A DNA stretch of 48,321 nt from Acidobacteriota bacterium (lineage in GTDB: Bacteria > Acidobacteriota > Aminicenantia > UBA2199): positions 1 through 48,321 of the forward strand of contig JALOLC010000015.1 of NCBI GenBank assembly GCA_025456175.1, read 5' to 3'. Of the stretch, positions 17,553-24,824 are shown in pieces. The notes beneath the pieces were generated by a model, which saw only the letters and a list, made by a program, of their open reading frames with translations, was not told where the DNA came from and made no database searches. Numbering within the stretch: position 1 is the first letter of the stretch; every line of letters starts with the position of its first letter. The translations under genes and the position numbers were made by a program.

Positions 17553-17584
17553 ATGAAGTCCTTGAATATTTCATTTGACCTATC

Positions 17585-17717
17585 GAACTCAGGGAAGACA
17601 GAGGGAAGAGAAAGGGTAGAATGAGGGAAGACAAAGTGGAAAAGCCCTTTCAGAACTTCGTTATTACTTTTTCTTCCCTCTGCCTTTCCCTCTGACTTCC
17701 CTCTCTCTTCCCTTGAT
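17585..17717. repeat. Purine-rich palindromic MITE/REP-like element, copy 2 (inverted relative to copy 1)
   Basis: The reverse complement of 17666-17716 matches 3985-4035 at 49/51 positions. 17640-17653 matches 4048-4061 (14/14) and 17585-17597 matches 4094-4106 (13/13), both in inverse orientation. Confidence 0.7.
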
Positions 17718-17726
17718 CCCTGTTTC

Positions 17727-19049
17727 TTACAGCCCCGACACGACCACGTTCTCGAAGACCATGCTGGGGAAGCGGGTGGAGGAGTACAGGAACGGATCGT
17801 TGGCCACCTCGACGAGCTTGGGCAGGAACTTCAGGTAGTTGTCGGCGATGTTCATCTCGGAGACGGCCTGCACCGGCTCACCCTTCTCGAAGAGCGTGCC
17901 GATGATGCCGATCGAGGTGTCGCCGGTGGTCGGGTTGGCGTTGCCGCCGATGAAACCGGTGATCAGGATGCCGCGGCCGAGGTCCTTCATGATCTCCTTG
18001 ACCGAGCGCGTTCCGGGCGGGATGACCAGGTTGGAGGGGCTGCCTGAGGTCGGCTCCCAGCCCAGCTTGCGGCTGTAGTACCAATCGACGAAGAACTCCT
18101 TCAGTACTCCGGCCTCGATCAGGACGCGCTTGCGGGCGGCAAGGCCGTCGGCGTCGAAGTGCCGGCTGCCCAGCCCCTTGGGGATGAACGGGTCATCGAC
18201 CACGGTGAGGTGCCGGCTGGCGATCACCTGTCCCTTCTTGTCGGCCAGGAAGGAGCGCTTCTGCTGGATGCTGCGGCCGAACATGGCGCCGAGTACGCCG
18301 TTGAGCATGCGGCCGACGTTTTGGTTCTCGATGATTACCGGCAAGGTCTCGGTCTTGATCTTTTTCGCCCCCAAGAGATCCAGGGTGCGCCGCGCCGCCA
18401 GGGCGCCGATCTCCTCGGGCCGGGGCAGGTCGCCGCGGTGGACCGTGACTGCGTAGCTGTAGCCATTGGGCCGGCGGTCGCCGGCGTCCTGGGCGGTCAT
18501 CTGGGCAAAGGGAGCGTAGTAGGTCCCGCGGGAGTAGCCCTCAAAGCCATTGCTGGCCACCATGACCGATTCCTGGCTGCCGTCCTCCACCTGCGACGTC
18601 ACCGAAACCACCTTGTCGCCCCCGGCCTGCAGGCAGGCGCTTTCCAGGGCTTTGGCCATGTCGTGACGGTTCTCCGGGGAAAATGAGTCGTAGGCGGCAT
18701 CCTGCAGCTCCAGGTCGGCAGGGGTCCGCCCTTCATAGTACTTGGGATCGGGCAGGCTGCGGAAGGGATCTTCGGCCAGCAGCCGAGTGGCGATGACAGC
18801 GTTGCCCAAAAAGTCGCGCAGCGCCTGCTGGCGCAGATCGGACGTACTCTGTACGGAATAGCGGCCGGCGGCGAACACCTGGACATTGAGCGCTTTGGTC
18901 GAGGCTTCCTTGATGTTCTCCGGCTTGCGGTCACGGTAGCTGACCTCGACGGTGCGGTTGGCATCGAGATTGACCACGCAGGCGTCGGCGCCCGCCCCCT
19001 TGGCGGTCTTGACCACCCAGGCACACAATTCGAGCATTTCCTTGTTCAT
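17727..19049 (-). CDS. pmbA: PmbA/TldE-family metalloprotease subunit (no signal peptide)
   Basis: 440 aa with the TldD/PmbA fold pattern and no HExxxH motif. An AAGGAG RBS lies 16 nt after the tldD stop codon. Confidence 0.85.
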   Translation of the reverse strand: MNKEMLELCAWVVKTAKGAGADACVVNLDANRTVEVSYRDRKPENIKEASTKALNVQVFAAGRYSVQSTSDLRQQALRDFLGNAVIATRLLAEDPFRSLPDPKYYEGRTPADLELQDAAYDSFSPENRHDMAKALESACLQAGGDKVVSVTSQVEDGSQESVMVASNGFEGYSRGTYYAPFAQMTAQDAGDRRPNGYSYAVTVHRGDLPRPEEIGALAARRTLDLLGAKKIKTETLPVIIENQNVGRMLNGVLGAMFGRSIQQKRSFLADKKGQVIASRHLTVVDDPFIPKGLGSRHFDADGLAARKRVLIEAGVLKEFFVDWYYSRKLGWEPTSGSPSNLVIPPGTRSVKEIMKDLGRGILITGFIGGNANPTTGDTSIGIIGTLFEKGEPVQAVSEMNIADNYLKFLPKLVEVANDPFLYSSTRFPSMVFENVVVSGL

Positions 19050-19065
19050 TTTTCTGTCTCCTTGC

Positions 19066-20598
19066 TTACGAGCGGACGCCGCCGACGGTCAGCGACTTGA
19101 CCAGGCAGGTGGGCTGACCGAAGCCGCAGGGCACGGCCTGGCCGCCCTTGCCGCAGGCGCCGGTGCCGCCGCGGGAAAGCTCTAGGTCGCCGGCCACCAT
19201 GATGATATTGCGCAGCATCTTGGGCCCATTGCCCATGATATTGATGTCCTTGATCGGGGCGCCGAGCTTGCCGTCCTCGATCATCCGGCCCTGGGACACG
19301 TAGAAAGCGAAATCGCCCTCGCCGATCTTCACCTGGCCGTTGCTGACGTTCTGCACGTAGATCCCCTTGCCGGCGGCGCGGATCGCGTCGGCGGCAGCGG
19401 CCGGGCCCGCCAGCATGAGCGTGTTGCGCATGCGCGGCTGCACATAGTGCTGGTAGCTTTCGCGGCGGCCGTTGCCCGTGGGTTTCACCTTATAAAATCG
19501 GGCCGAGATGCGGTCGTGCATATAACTGGTCAAAATGCCGTTCTCGACCAGGGCTGTCTTCTGCCCGGGGATACCCTCGTCGTCGAAGTTGATGGAGCCC
19601 AGCTGGCCGGGGATGGTGCCATCGTCCAGGATGGTCACGAAAGGCTCGGCCACCTGTTTGCCGATCATGGTGCTGAAGGTCGATGTCTTCTTGCGGTTGA
19701 AATCGGCCTCCATGCCGTGGCCGATGGCTTCGTGCAGCAGGACACCGGTCACGCCGGGTCCCAGCACCACCGGCATCTCTCCGGCCGGCGGCTGCACGGC
19801 ATCGAAGAGTTGCAGGGCGTCGCCCACGGCCTTGGCGGCGATGGCCTCGACCGCATCCGGGGTAAAGAAGGAGAAATCGTGGCGCCCGCCCAGGTTCCAA
19901 CCCGCCTGTTCCTTGCGGCCGCCCTTCTCGGCGATCACGAAGGCCGTGAGGTAATCGCGCGGCTGCAGGTCTTCGGCCTTGGTCCCGTCCGAGGTGACCA
20001 CCATGATGCGCTTCTGCTGGTCGTGGAAGCTGGCGTTGACCTTGACCACCAGCGGTGACAGGGCGAAGCAACGGTCGTTGATCCCCTGCACCAGGGGCAG
20101 CTTGTCCGCCAGGGGGACGTCGCTCAGCAGCTTTTTCAGGGGGTAGTAACTCGCCGTCTTCATCCAGGCCAGGCGCCCAGCCGGGGCGGTGGCGCCGCCG
20201 GCGGCGATGGTGGCGGCGACGGCCGCGGCCTTGAGCATCGCCTTCTCCTCAAGCTCCTGGGTGAAGCCGTAGCCGACCTGATCGCCCTTGACGGTGCGGA
20301 TGCCCACGCCCAGGGCCACGTCGCTGAAGGCGCGGCTCACCTTGCCGTCCTCCAGGACGATCCAGTTGCCGATGGTGTGCTCGAAGTACAGGTCGGCGTA
20401 ATCGCCGCCCTTGGCCAGCGCCGCGGCCAGGACCTTGCGGCAAAGGGCATCGCTGATGCCGAATTCCCGCTCGAAATAGCCCGGGCTTTCGTCGGCCAGC
20501 AGCGTATGCCAGCCTCCGGCTAGAATCGGGACCGCCGCGGCCGCGGCGGCCGCGCCGCCCGTGGTCTTCAGGAAAGAACGCCTGCTCATTTCTGCCAT
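19066..20598 (-). CDS. tldD: TldD-family metalloprotease with twin-arginine (Tat) signal peptide
   Basis: The start follows GAGGAGG. The N-terminus MAEMSRRSFLKTTGGAAAAAAAVPILAG has an SRRxFLK Tat motif. The catalytic motif HEAIGHGME is present. Confidence 0.85.
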   Translation of the reverse strand: MAEMSRRSFLKTTGGAAAAAAAVPILAGGWHTLLADESPGYFEREFGISDALCRKVLAAALAKGGDYADLYFEHTIGNWIVLEDGKVSRAFSDVALGVGIRTVKGDQVGYGFTQELEEKAMLKAAAVAATIAAGGATAPAGRLAWMKTASYYPLKKLLSDVPLADKLPLVQGINDRCFALSPLVVKVNASFHDQQKRIMVVTSDGTKAEDLQPRDYLTAFVIAEKGGRKEQAGWNLGGRHDFSFFTPDAVEAIAAKAVGDALQLFDAVQPPAGEMPVVLGPGVTGVLLHEAIGHGMEADFNRKKTSTFSTMIGKQVAEPFVTILDDGTIPGQLGSINFDDEGIPGQKTALVENGILTSYMHDRISARFYKVKPTGNGRRESYQHYVQPRMRNTLMLAGPAAAADAIRAAGKGIYVQNVSNGQVKIGEGDFAFYVSQGRMIEDGKLGAPIKDINIMGNGPKMLRNIIMVAGDLELSRGGTGACGKGGQAVPCGFGQPTCLVKSLTVGGVRS

Positions 20599-20709
20599 GA
20601 AAACCTCCTCTGTGGCTGCGGGGAACTTTTCCTGCAAGAATCCCGCAGATTGTTTAGACGTTTTTCCCGCAAAAAAAGTTCCGTTCCGGGGAGAAAAAAG
20701 CGATTTTAG

Positions 20710-21063
20710 CTATTTCAACGGCACGGAGTGCGGGCGGGGCTGGGAGCGGTCGCAGCACTCGGCCACCAGCTGCAGGTAAGCAGCGGGGGGGCGGGAGATA
20801 TGGATGCCGATCTCGCGCGGTTTGGCAGCCAGCGCGCCCGTGTATTCATGGGACCAGCGCACCTCGCCGTCGAGGAAGATCGAATCGCTCTCAATGGCCA
20901 AGGCGATGCGCACCTTGTGATTGAGCGCGGGGCACTGCATGGTTTGGATGCCGATGCCGTGCTGGGAGACGTCCTGGGTGAAGCCCGGGTGCATGTCGTC
21001 GCCGCACTTGCAGATGATCAGCTTGCGGAAAGGGACGCGCTTTTCCTCTCTTTTTTTGATCAT
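20710..21063 (-). CDS. PilZ domain protein (putative c-di-GMP receptor)
   Basis: 117 aa. An N-terminal basic stretch REEKRVPF is followed by DVSQHGIGIQT, consistent with the RxxxR / D-x-S-x-x-G PilZ pattern. Confidence 0.6.
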   Translation of the reverse strand: MIKKREEKRVPFRKLIICKCGDDMHPGFTQDVSQHGIGIQTMQCPALNHKVRIALAIESDSIFLDGEVRWSHEYTGALAAKPREIGIHISRPPAAYLQLVAECCDRSQPRPHSVPLK

Positions 21064-21130
21064 AGCAATCCCCTTTTTCTATATATTCAATACTATTCAA
21101 AAAAGGGGAATTTTCAATCAGGAAAATCGC

Positions 21131-21178
21131 TCAACCGATGACCAGGTCGCGTCCGTCGACGAAGGCCGGCTTGGGGAT
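21131..21178 (-). pseudogene. Orphan duplicate of the last 15 codons of the phosphodiesterase-family gene
   Basis: It reads IPKPAFVDGRDLVIG-stop. The intact gene 1.37 kb away ends GIPKPAFVDGRDLKIQD-stop. Confidence 0.6.
21143..21178. repeat. 36-bp direct repeat, copy A
   Basis: CAGGTCGCGTCCGTCGACGAAGGCCGGCTTGGGGAT matches 22513..22548 at 35/36 positions. Confidence 0.85.
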
Positions 21179-21181
21179 AAA

Positions 21182-22360
21182 TTAGGAGACGATTTTTCCG
21201 GCCCAGAGTTCTTCCAGGAAACATCGCCAGGGCATGATGCGGATGGAACCGACGAGGCGTTCATGTCTTTCATTGCCGACCAGGATGGACAGGCGCGGGT
21301 TGAATTCTTCAGCGAAGGCCTTTAGACCGCGCAACAGGGAGGTATCAACACTGCCGGCGCCCTTGACCTCAACGGCCACCTCCCCGTCGCCCAGCACGAA
21401 ATCGACTTCCTGTCCCGACTTGGTTCGCCAGAAGCGGATCGGGTAGTTCAATCCGGAATAGGAGGAGTGAGCCGTCATCTCCATGAGGATGAAATGCTCC
21501 AATGCCTTGCCGAAGACTTCTCCTTTCGTCAGTTCCAGTCGGCGCCGAACCAAGCCCCCGGCCACCCCGACATCGAAAAGGTAGGCTTTGGGCGCGCGGG
21601 TGATGACCTGGCGCGAGGAGCGGCGCTGGAACGGCTCAACCAGCCGCCCCAACAGCGTGTCGGCCAGTATCTGGTAGTATTCCTTGACCGTCTTGGCGTC
21701 CACACCGCAGTCGCGGGCGATGTTGGCATAGTTGGTCAGCTCGCCGTGGCTGTGACCCACGGCATCCAGAAAGCGCGAGAAGGCCGGTACGTTGCGGGTC
21801 AGCCCCTCGGCGAGGATTTCCTCCTTCAAGTAGTCGCGGACATAGCCGGCCAGGGAACGCCCGGGATCGGCGCCGAAGTAGTGGTCGGGAACGAGCCCCC
21901 GGTTCAGGGCGCGCAGCAGGTCGACCTCCCCGAGCTCGGCCGAGGTCAGCGGGAACATCTCGAAGCGCCAGGCCCTGCCGCCCAGGAGGTTGGCCCTGCC
22001 CCGCGTCAGCTTGCGGGCGCTCGAGCCGCAAAGGATGAAGCGCAGGCTTTTGCTTTCGATCAGCCACTGCACTTCGTCCAGTAGGGCCGGGACTTTCTGC
22101 ACCTCGTCAATGATCACCGGGTGGCGCCGGGCTTCGGGCGACGCGGCCAGGAGCCGTTCGCGCAGGAGGGCCGGCCGCTTCAGGAACTCCAATTGCTGGT
22201 CGGTATCCAGCAAGTCGATCACCAGGCTATTGGGATAGGCCGCCTTGAGGTAAGTGGATTTCCCCGTCTTGCGCGGACCCCACAGGAAGGCCGATTGCTT
22301 CTCAGGCAGGGCGATTTTCAGCAAGCGCGGCAGCATCTCCACTCGCGGAATAACCTCCAT
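21182..22360 (-). CDS. AAA-family ATPase (AAA_14/COG1373 type) with C-terminal DUF4143 / PD-(D/E)xK-like domain
   Basis: Walker A motif GPRKTGKST and a Walker B-like VIIDEVQ. The C-terminal segment GQEVDFVLGDGEVAVEVKG fits a D...E-x-K nuclease-fold motif. Confidence 0.8.
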   Translation of the reverse strand: MEVIPRVEMLPRLLKIALPEKQSAFLWGPRKTGKSTYLKAAYPNSLVIDLLDTDQQLEFLKRPALLRERLLAASPEARRHPVIIDEVQKVPALLDEVQWLIESKSLRFILCGSSARKLTRGRANLLGGRAWRFEMFPLTSAELGEVDLLRALNRGLVPDHYFGADPGRSLAGYVRDYLKEEILAEGLTRNVPAFSRFLDAVGHSHGELTNYANIARDCGVDAKTVKEYYQILADTLLGRLVEPFQRRSSRQVITRAPKAYLFDVGVAGGLVRRRLELTKGEVFGKALEHFILMEMTAHSSYSGLNYPIRFWRTKSGQEVDFVLGDGEVAVEVKGAGSVDTSLLRGLKAFAEEFNPRLSILVGNERHERLVGSIRIMPWRCFLEELWAGKIVS

Positions 22361-22379
22361 ATTGGTTTAACTTAAATGG

Positions 22380-22408
22380 AATATATTCCATAATAGTTAA
22401 GTTGTCAA
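22380..22408 (-). promoter_or_regulatory. Consensus sigma-70-type promoter of the ATPase cassette
   Basis: The minus strand reads TTGACA-N17-TATATT. The -10 element sits inside a perfect 16-bp palindrome ATGGAATATATTCCAT (22377-22392). The ATG is 19 nt downstream with no SD sequence. Confidence 0.5.
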
Positions 22409-22497
22409 GCAAATGTTTTTCAAGGGTCTCAATTCGGAAGCCGAGAAGAACTGGTGATTGCTGGCGGTACCAATAAACGATACAAGGAGGCCGCTGC

Positions 22498-24600
22498 TTA
22501 ATCCTGGATCTTCAGGTCGCGGCCGTCGACGAAGGCCGGCTTGGGGATGCCGAAGGCGGCGAATACCGTGGGCGCGATGTCGACCAGGCCCGGATCCTTC
22601 TCGCCGATCTTGCGGTTGCTGTAGAAGATGCCCGGCACCTGGTCGCGGGTGAAGCAATGGTCGCCGCTCCAGGGGCGGGTGTTGTCGGAAAAGACCCGGT
22701 CGCCGACATAGTTCACTGCCGACTCCCAGGATACGCGGTAGCCGGCGCGGTAGCCGACGACGATGTCGGGCGCGTTCTCCACATAGGGACCGCGATAGAT
22801 CTCCTCGCGGATAAAAGCGGCCTTGACAGGGGCCTGGCCGCGCTCCTCGTCCCTGGCCTTGAGCAGCCTTTCCTTGATTTCCGTCTTCAGCCGCTGCGCC
22901 TCCTCGCCCGGATTCACGATGCCCTGGCCTTCCCGTCCCTTGAGGTTGAGGAAAATGCCGTTCAGGCCCTGGCCGTAGGCACGCGAGCGGCTCCAGTCGA
23001 CGTCGGCGTACCACTTGTCGGAGCGGGTCTTGCCTTCCTTCAGCACCAGATAGCCCTCGCGGTTCAGCCAGGAGTTGAGATGAAACTCGCGGTCGAAGGC
23101 GTTGAAGCCGTGGTCCGATACGACGAGCAGCAGGTCCTTGGGCTGCAGTTTGGCCAGCAGCTTTTCCAGGAAAGCGTCCATGCGGCCGTAGCAGCGGGCG
23201 ATCCCCTCGACCACTTCGGGATCGGAGGAAGGCTTGGGGGCGGGCGATTGGGAGCCGGGGAGGTAGCGCCAGCACATGTGCTGGACGCGGTCGGTGGCCT
23301 CGAAGACCTGGACGATCAGGCCCGACTTGATCTTGCCCAGGACGTCGAAAAAGACCTTCTCCCGCTCATCCTGGGTGCCGTAAACCTGGTCGATGAAGGC
23401 CCGCTCCGAGAGGATCCCCTCGTTCACCGACCAGGTGTCCTCGGCCATGCCCAGGGTGGCGTAGGCGCCGTGGAGCTTGGCCAGGTACACGGAGTAGATC
23501 TTGGGGTGGGAGATCGGCATGGCCGGCTTCTCGGGATTGAGGTGGATGGGAGAGAGGTAGAGGCGGATGGGGTCGATCCCCTCGAGCACCCACTGGGCGA
23601 TGCCCGAGACCTTGGCCCAGCCGGCCTTGAACTCGATGGTCTGCCATGCGGACAGGCGGTGCGGCGCCAGGGCGATCTTTTCCCGGCCGACCGACACCTC
23701 GCCGCTGGCGTCGCCGCGTTTCACTTTCAGGGTGAAGGGAATTTCCAGGGGCGGATGCCCCTGCTTGAAGGGATGGCCCGGCCCCTTGATCGTGCCCTTG
23801 TAGCGGCCGTCACCCAGGGGCGTCAGGCTCTCGAAGACCCCTTCCGAGAGATCGAAATCCTGGCTGCCGCCATCGGTGAAAAAAGTGAAGGTGCCCTGGG
23901 TGCCGCGCAGGTCAGGGGTGCCTAGGCCCGAGAGCATGGTGCCGTAGAATTTTTCGGGCGGAAAGGTGAAGGGCACGCGCAGCACGGCCGCGTAGATGCC
24001 CTTGGCCGAGACGATTTTCCAGAAGCTCTGGCTCTTGCGCTTCAGCTCGATCTTGGGGCTGGAAAGGGGGATGATCCATTGGCCGATCTTGAGGGTGCGC
24101 TTGGGAGGCAGGATGTCGGAGCCCGACAGCTTGGGCATGTAGGTGCGGCGGTCGGTGGTCAGGAAGTCGAAGATGTTGTGCTTGCCGGGATTGACGCCGG
24201 TACTGAAGGTCGACCAGGCCACCGGCGAGACGGGCGGCTCCGAGCTCCACAGGGGCGAGAACGTCCCTTGCGCGGCCAGCTTCGCGAAAGCCGGAAATGT
24301 CTTCCCCTCACGCTGGAAGCGCTTCATCAGGTGAAAGTCCATGCCGTCGAAGCCCACGATGACCACCCGCTTGAACTTGGCCTTTTTCATGATGCGCGCC
24401 CGCCTGGCGAGGCGCAGCAGGGCGCGGATGGGAAAGGTCAGGAAATTGAAAACCGCCAGAAAAAAAGCGGCAAAAACGAAAAAGAACGAGCCGACGAAGG
24501 CGAACCCCGCCCCCGGGCCGACGTAGCTCAGGAGAGACAAGGTGGAAAATATGGTTAAAAGCAGGAATATCCGCGATTTTTTCATGGTTAATTTTACCAT
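22498..24600 (-). CDS. Membrane-anchored alkaline-phosphatase-superfamily protein (type I phosphodiesterase/nucleotide pyrophosphatase-like)
   Basis: N-terminal TM helices, then VVIVGFDGMDFHLM and EPPVSPVAWSTFSTGVNPGKHNIFDF motifs, plus LLVVSDHGF. The start was chosen at the ATG after GGAG (24600); 24585 and 24618 are alternatives. Confidence 0.75.
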   Translation of the reverse strand: MVKLTMKKSRIFLLLTIFSTLSLLSYVGPGAGFAFVGSFFFVFAAFFLAVFNFLTFPIRALLRLARRARIMKKAKFKRVVIVGFDGMDFHLMKRFQREGKTFPAFAKLAAQGTFSPLWSSEPPVSPVAWSTFSTGVNPGKHNIFDFLTTDRRTYMPKLSGSDILPPKRTLKIGQWIIPLSSPKIELKRKSQSFWKIVSAKGIYAAVLRVPFTFPPEKFYGTMLSGLGTPDLRGTQGTFTFFTDGGSQDFDLSEGVFESLTPLGDGRYKGTIKGPGHPFKQGHPPLEIPFTLKVKRGDASGEVSVGREKIALAPHRLSAWQTIEFKAGWAKVSGIAQWVLEGIDPIRLYLSPIHLNPEKPAMPISHPKIYSVYLAKLHGAYATLGMAEDTWSVNEGILSERAFIDQVYGTQDEREKVFFDVLGKIKSGLIVQVFEATDRVQHMCWRYLPGSQSPAPKPSSDPEVVEGIARCYGRMDAFLEKLLAKLQPKDLLLVVSDHGFNAFDREFHLNSWLNREGYLVLKEGKTRSDKWYADVDWSRSRAYGQGLNGIFLNLKGREGQGIVNPGEEAQRLKTEIKERLLKARDEERGQAPVKAAFIREEIYRGPYVENAPDIVVGYRAGYRVSWESAVNYVGDRVFSDNTRPWSGDHCFTRDQVPGIFYSNRKIGEKDPGLVDIAPTVFAAFGIPKPAFVDGRDLKIQD
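22513..22548. repeat. 36-bp direct repeat, copy B (inside the 3' end of the phosphodiesterase-family gene)
   Basis: See copy A. There is one mismatch (G/T). Confidence 0.85.
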
Positions 24601-24627
24601 AGCTCGCTCCCGACGCAAAGCGCTGGG

Positions 24628-24727
24628 CCAGTGTCAGTGTCAGTGCCAGTGTCAGTCGAAGGCAATGAAACGAAATCTCGCATTTTTCCTTTATTTTCTT
24701 GCTGACACTGACACTGTCACTGTCACT
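24628..24727. repeat. Hairpin with arms made of tandem hexamers, in a divergent promoter region
   Basis: The left arm is CAGTGT CAGTGT CAGTGC CAGTGT CAGT (24628-24657). The right arm is TGACAC TGACAC TGTCAC TGTCAC (24701-24727). The spacer is about 43 nt and AT-rich. Confidence 0.6.
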
Positions 24728-24763
24728 TTATGTTAAAAGTAGTTAATAATTTAATTTTTCTTA

Positions 24764-24791
24764 TTGATTTCTGGCGAAAAAGCGTTATAAT
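24764..24791 (+). promoter_or_regulatory. Putative sigma-70-type promoter of ackA
   Basis: TTGATT-N16-TATAAT in an AT-rich tract, 34 nt upstream of the GAGGG RBS and ATG at 24825. Confidence 0.4.
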
Positions 24792-24824
24792 TAAAATTAA
24801 AATTTCGGCGGCACAGAGGGCGCA

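Larger units (their letters stand above)
21179..22512. mobile_element. Putative inserted single-gene cassette bracketed by the 36-bp direct repeat
   Basis: The segment between the repeat copies holds one ORF, an AT-rich leader (22361-22497, visibly lower GC than its surroundings) and a consensus promoter. It contains no integrase or transposase. Confidence 0.4.

Noticed and set aside
20668-20683. Weak -24/-12-like CGGAACTTTTTTTGCG (minus strand) upstream of tldD
   Set aside because: The spacing is right, but the -24 box (CGGAAC) matches the consensus at only 4 of 6 positions. It is too weak to call without a PWM score.
24614-24632. Sigma-54-like TGGCCCAGCGCTTTGCG (minus strand) upstream of the phosphodiesterase-family gene
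   Set aside because: The GG-to-GC spacing is 11 nt, one more than the strict requirement. The TGGC comes from the hexamer repeat.
24628-24727. Possible CRISPR array (also considered for 45116..45145)
   Set aside because: The repeat units are only 6-7 nt, directly abutting with no spacers, and are arranged as complementary arms. No cas genes are in the window. This is not CRISPR architecture.
24542-24736. 64-aa ORF containing CQCQCQCQ and DTDTVTVT repeats
   Set aside because: It is simply the translation of the hexamer-armed hairpin (24628..24727). It has no RBS and it overlaps the start of the real minus-strand gene.
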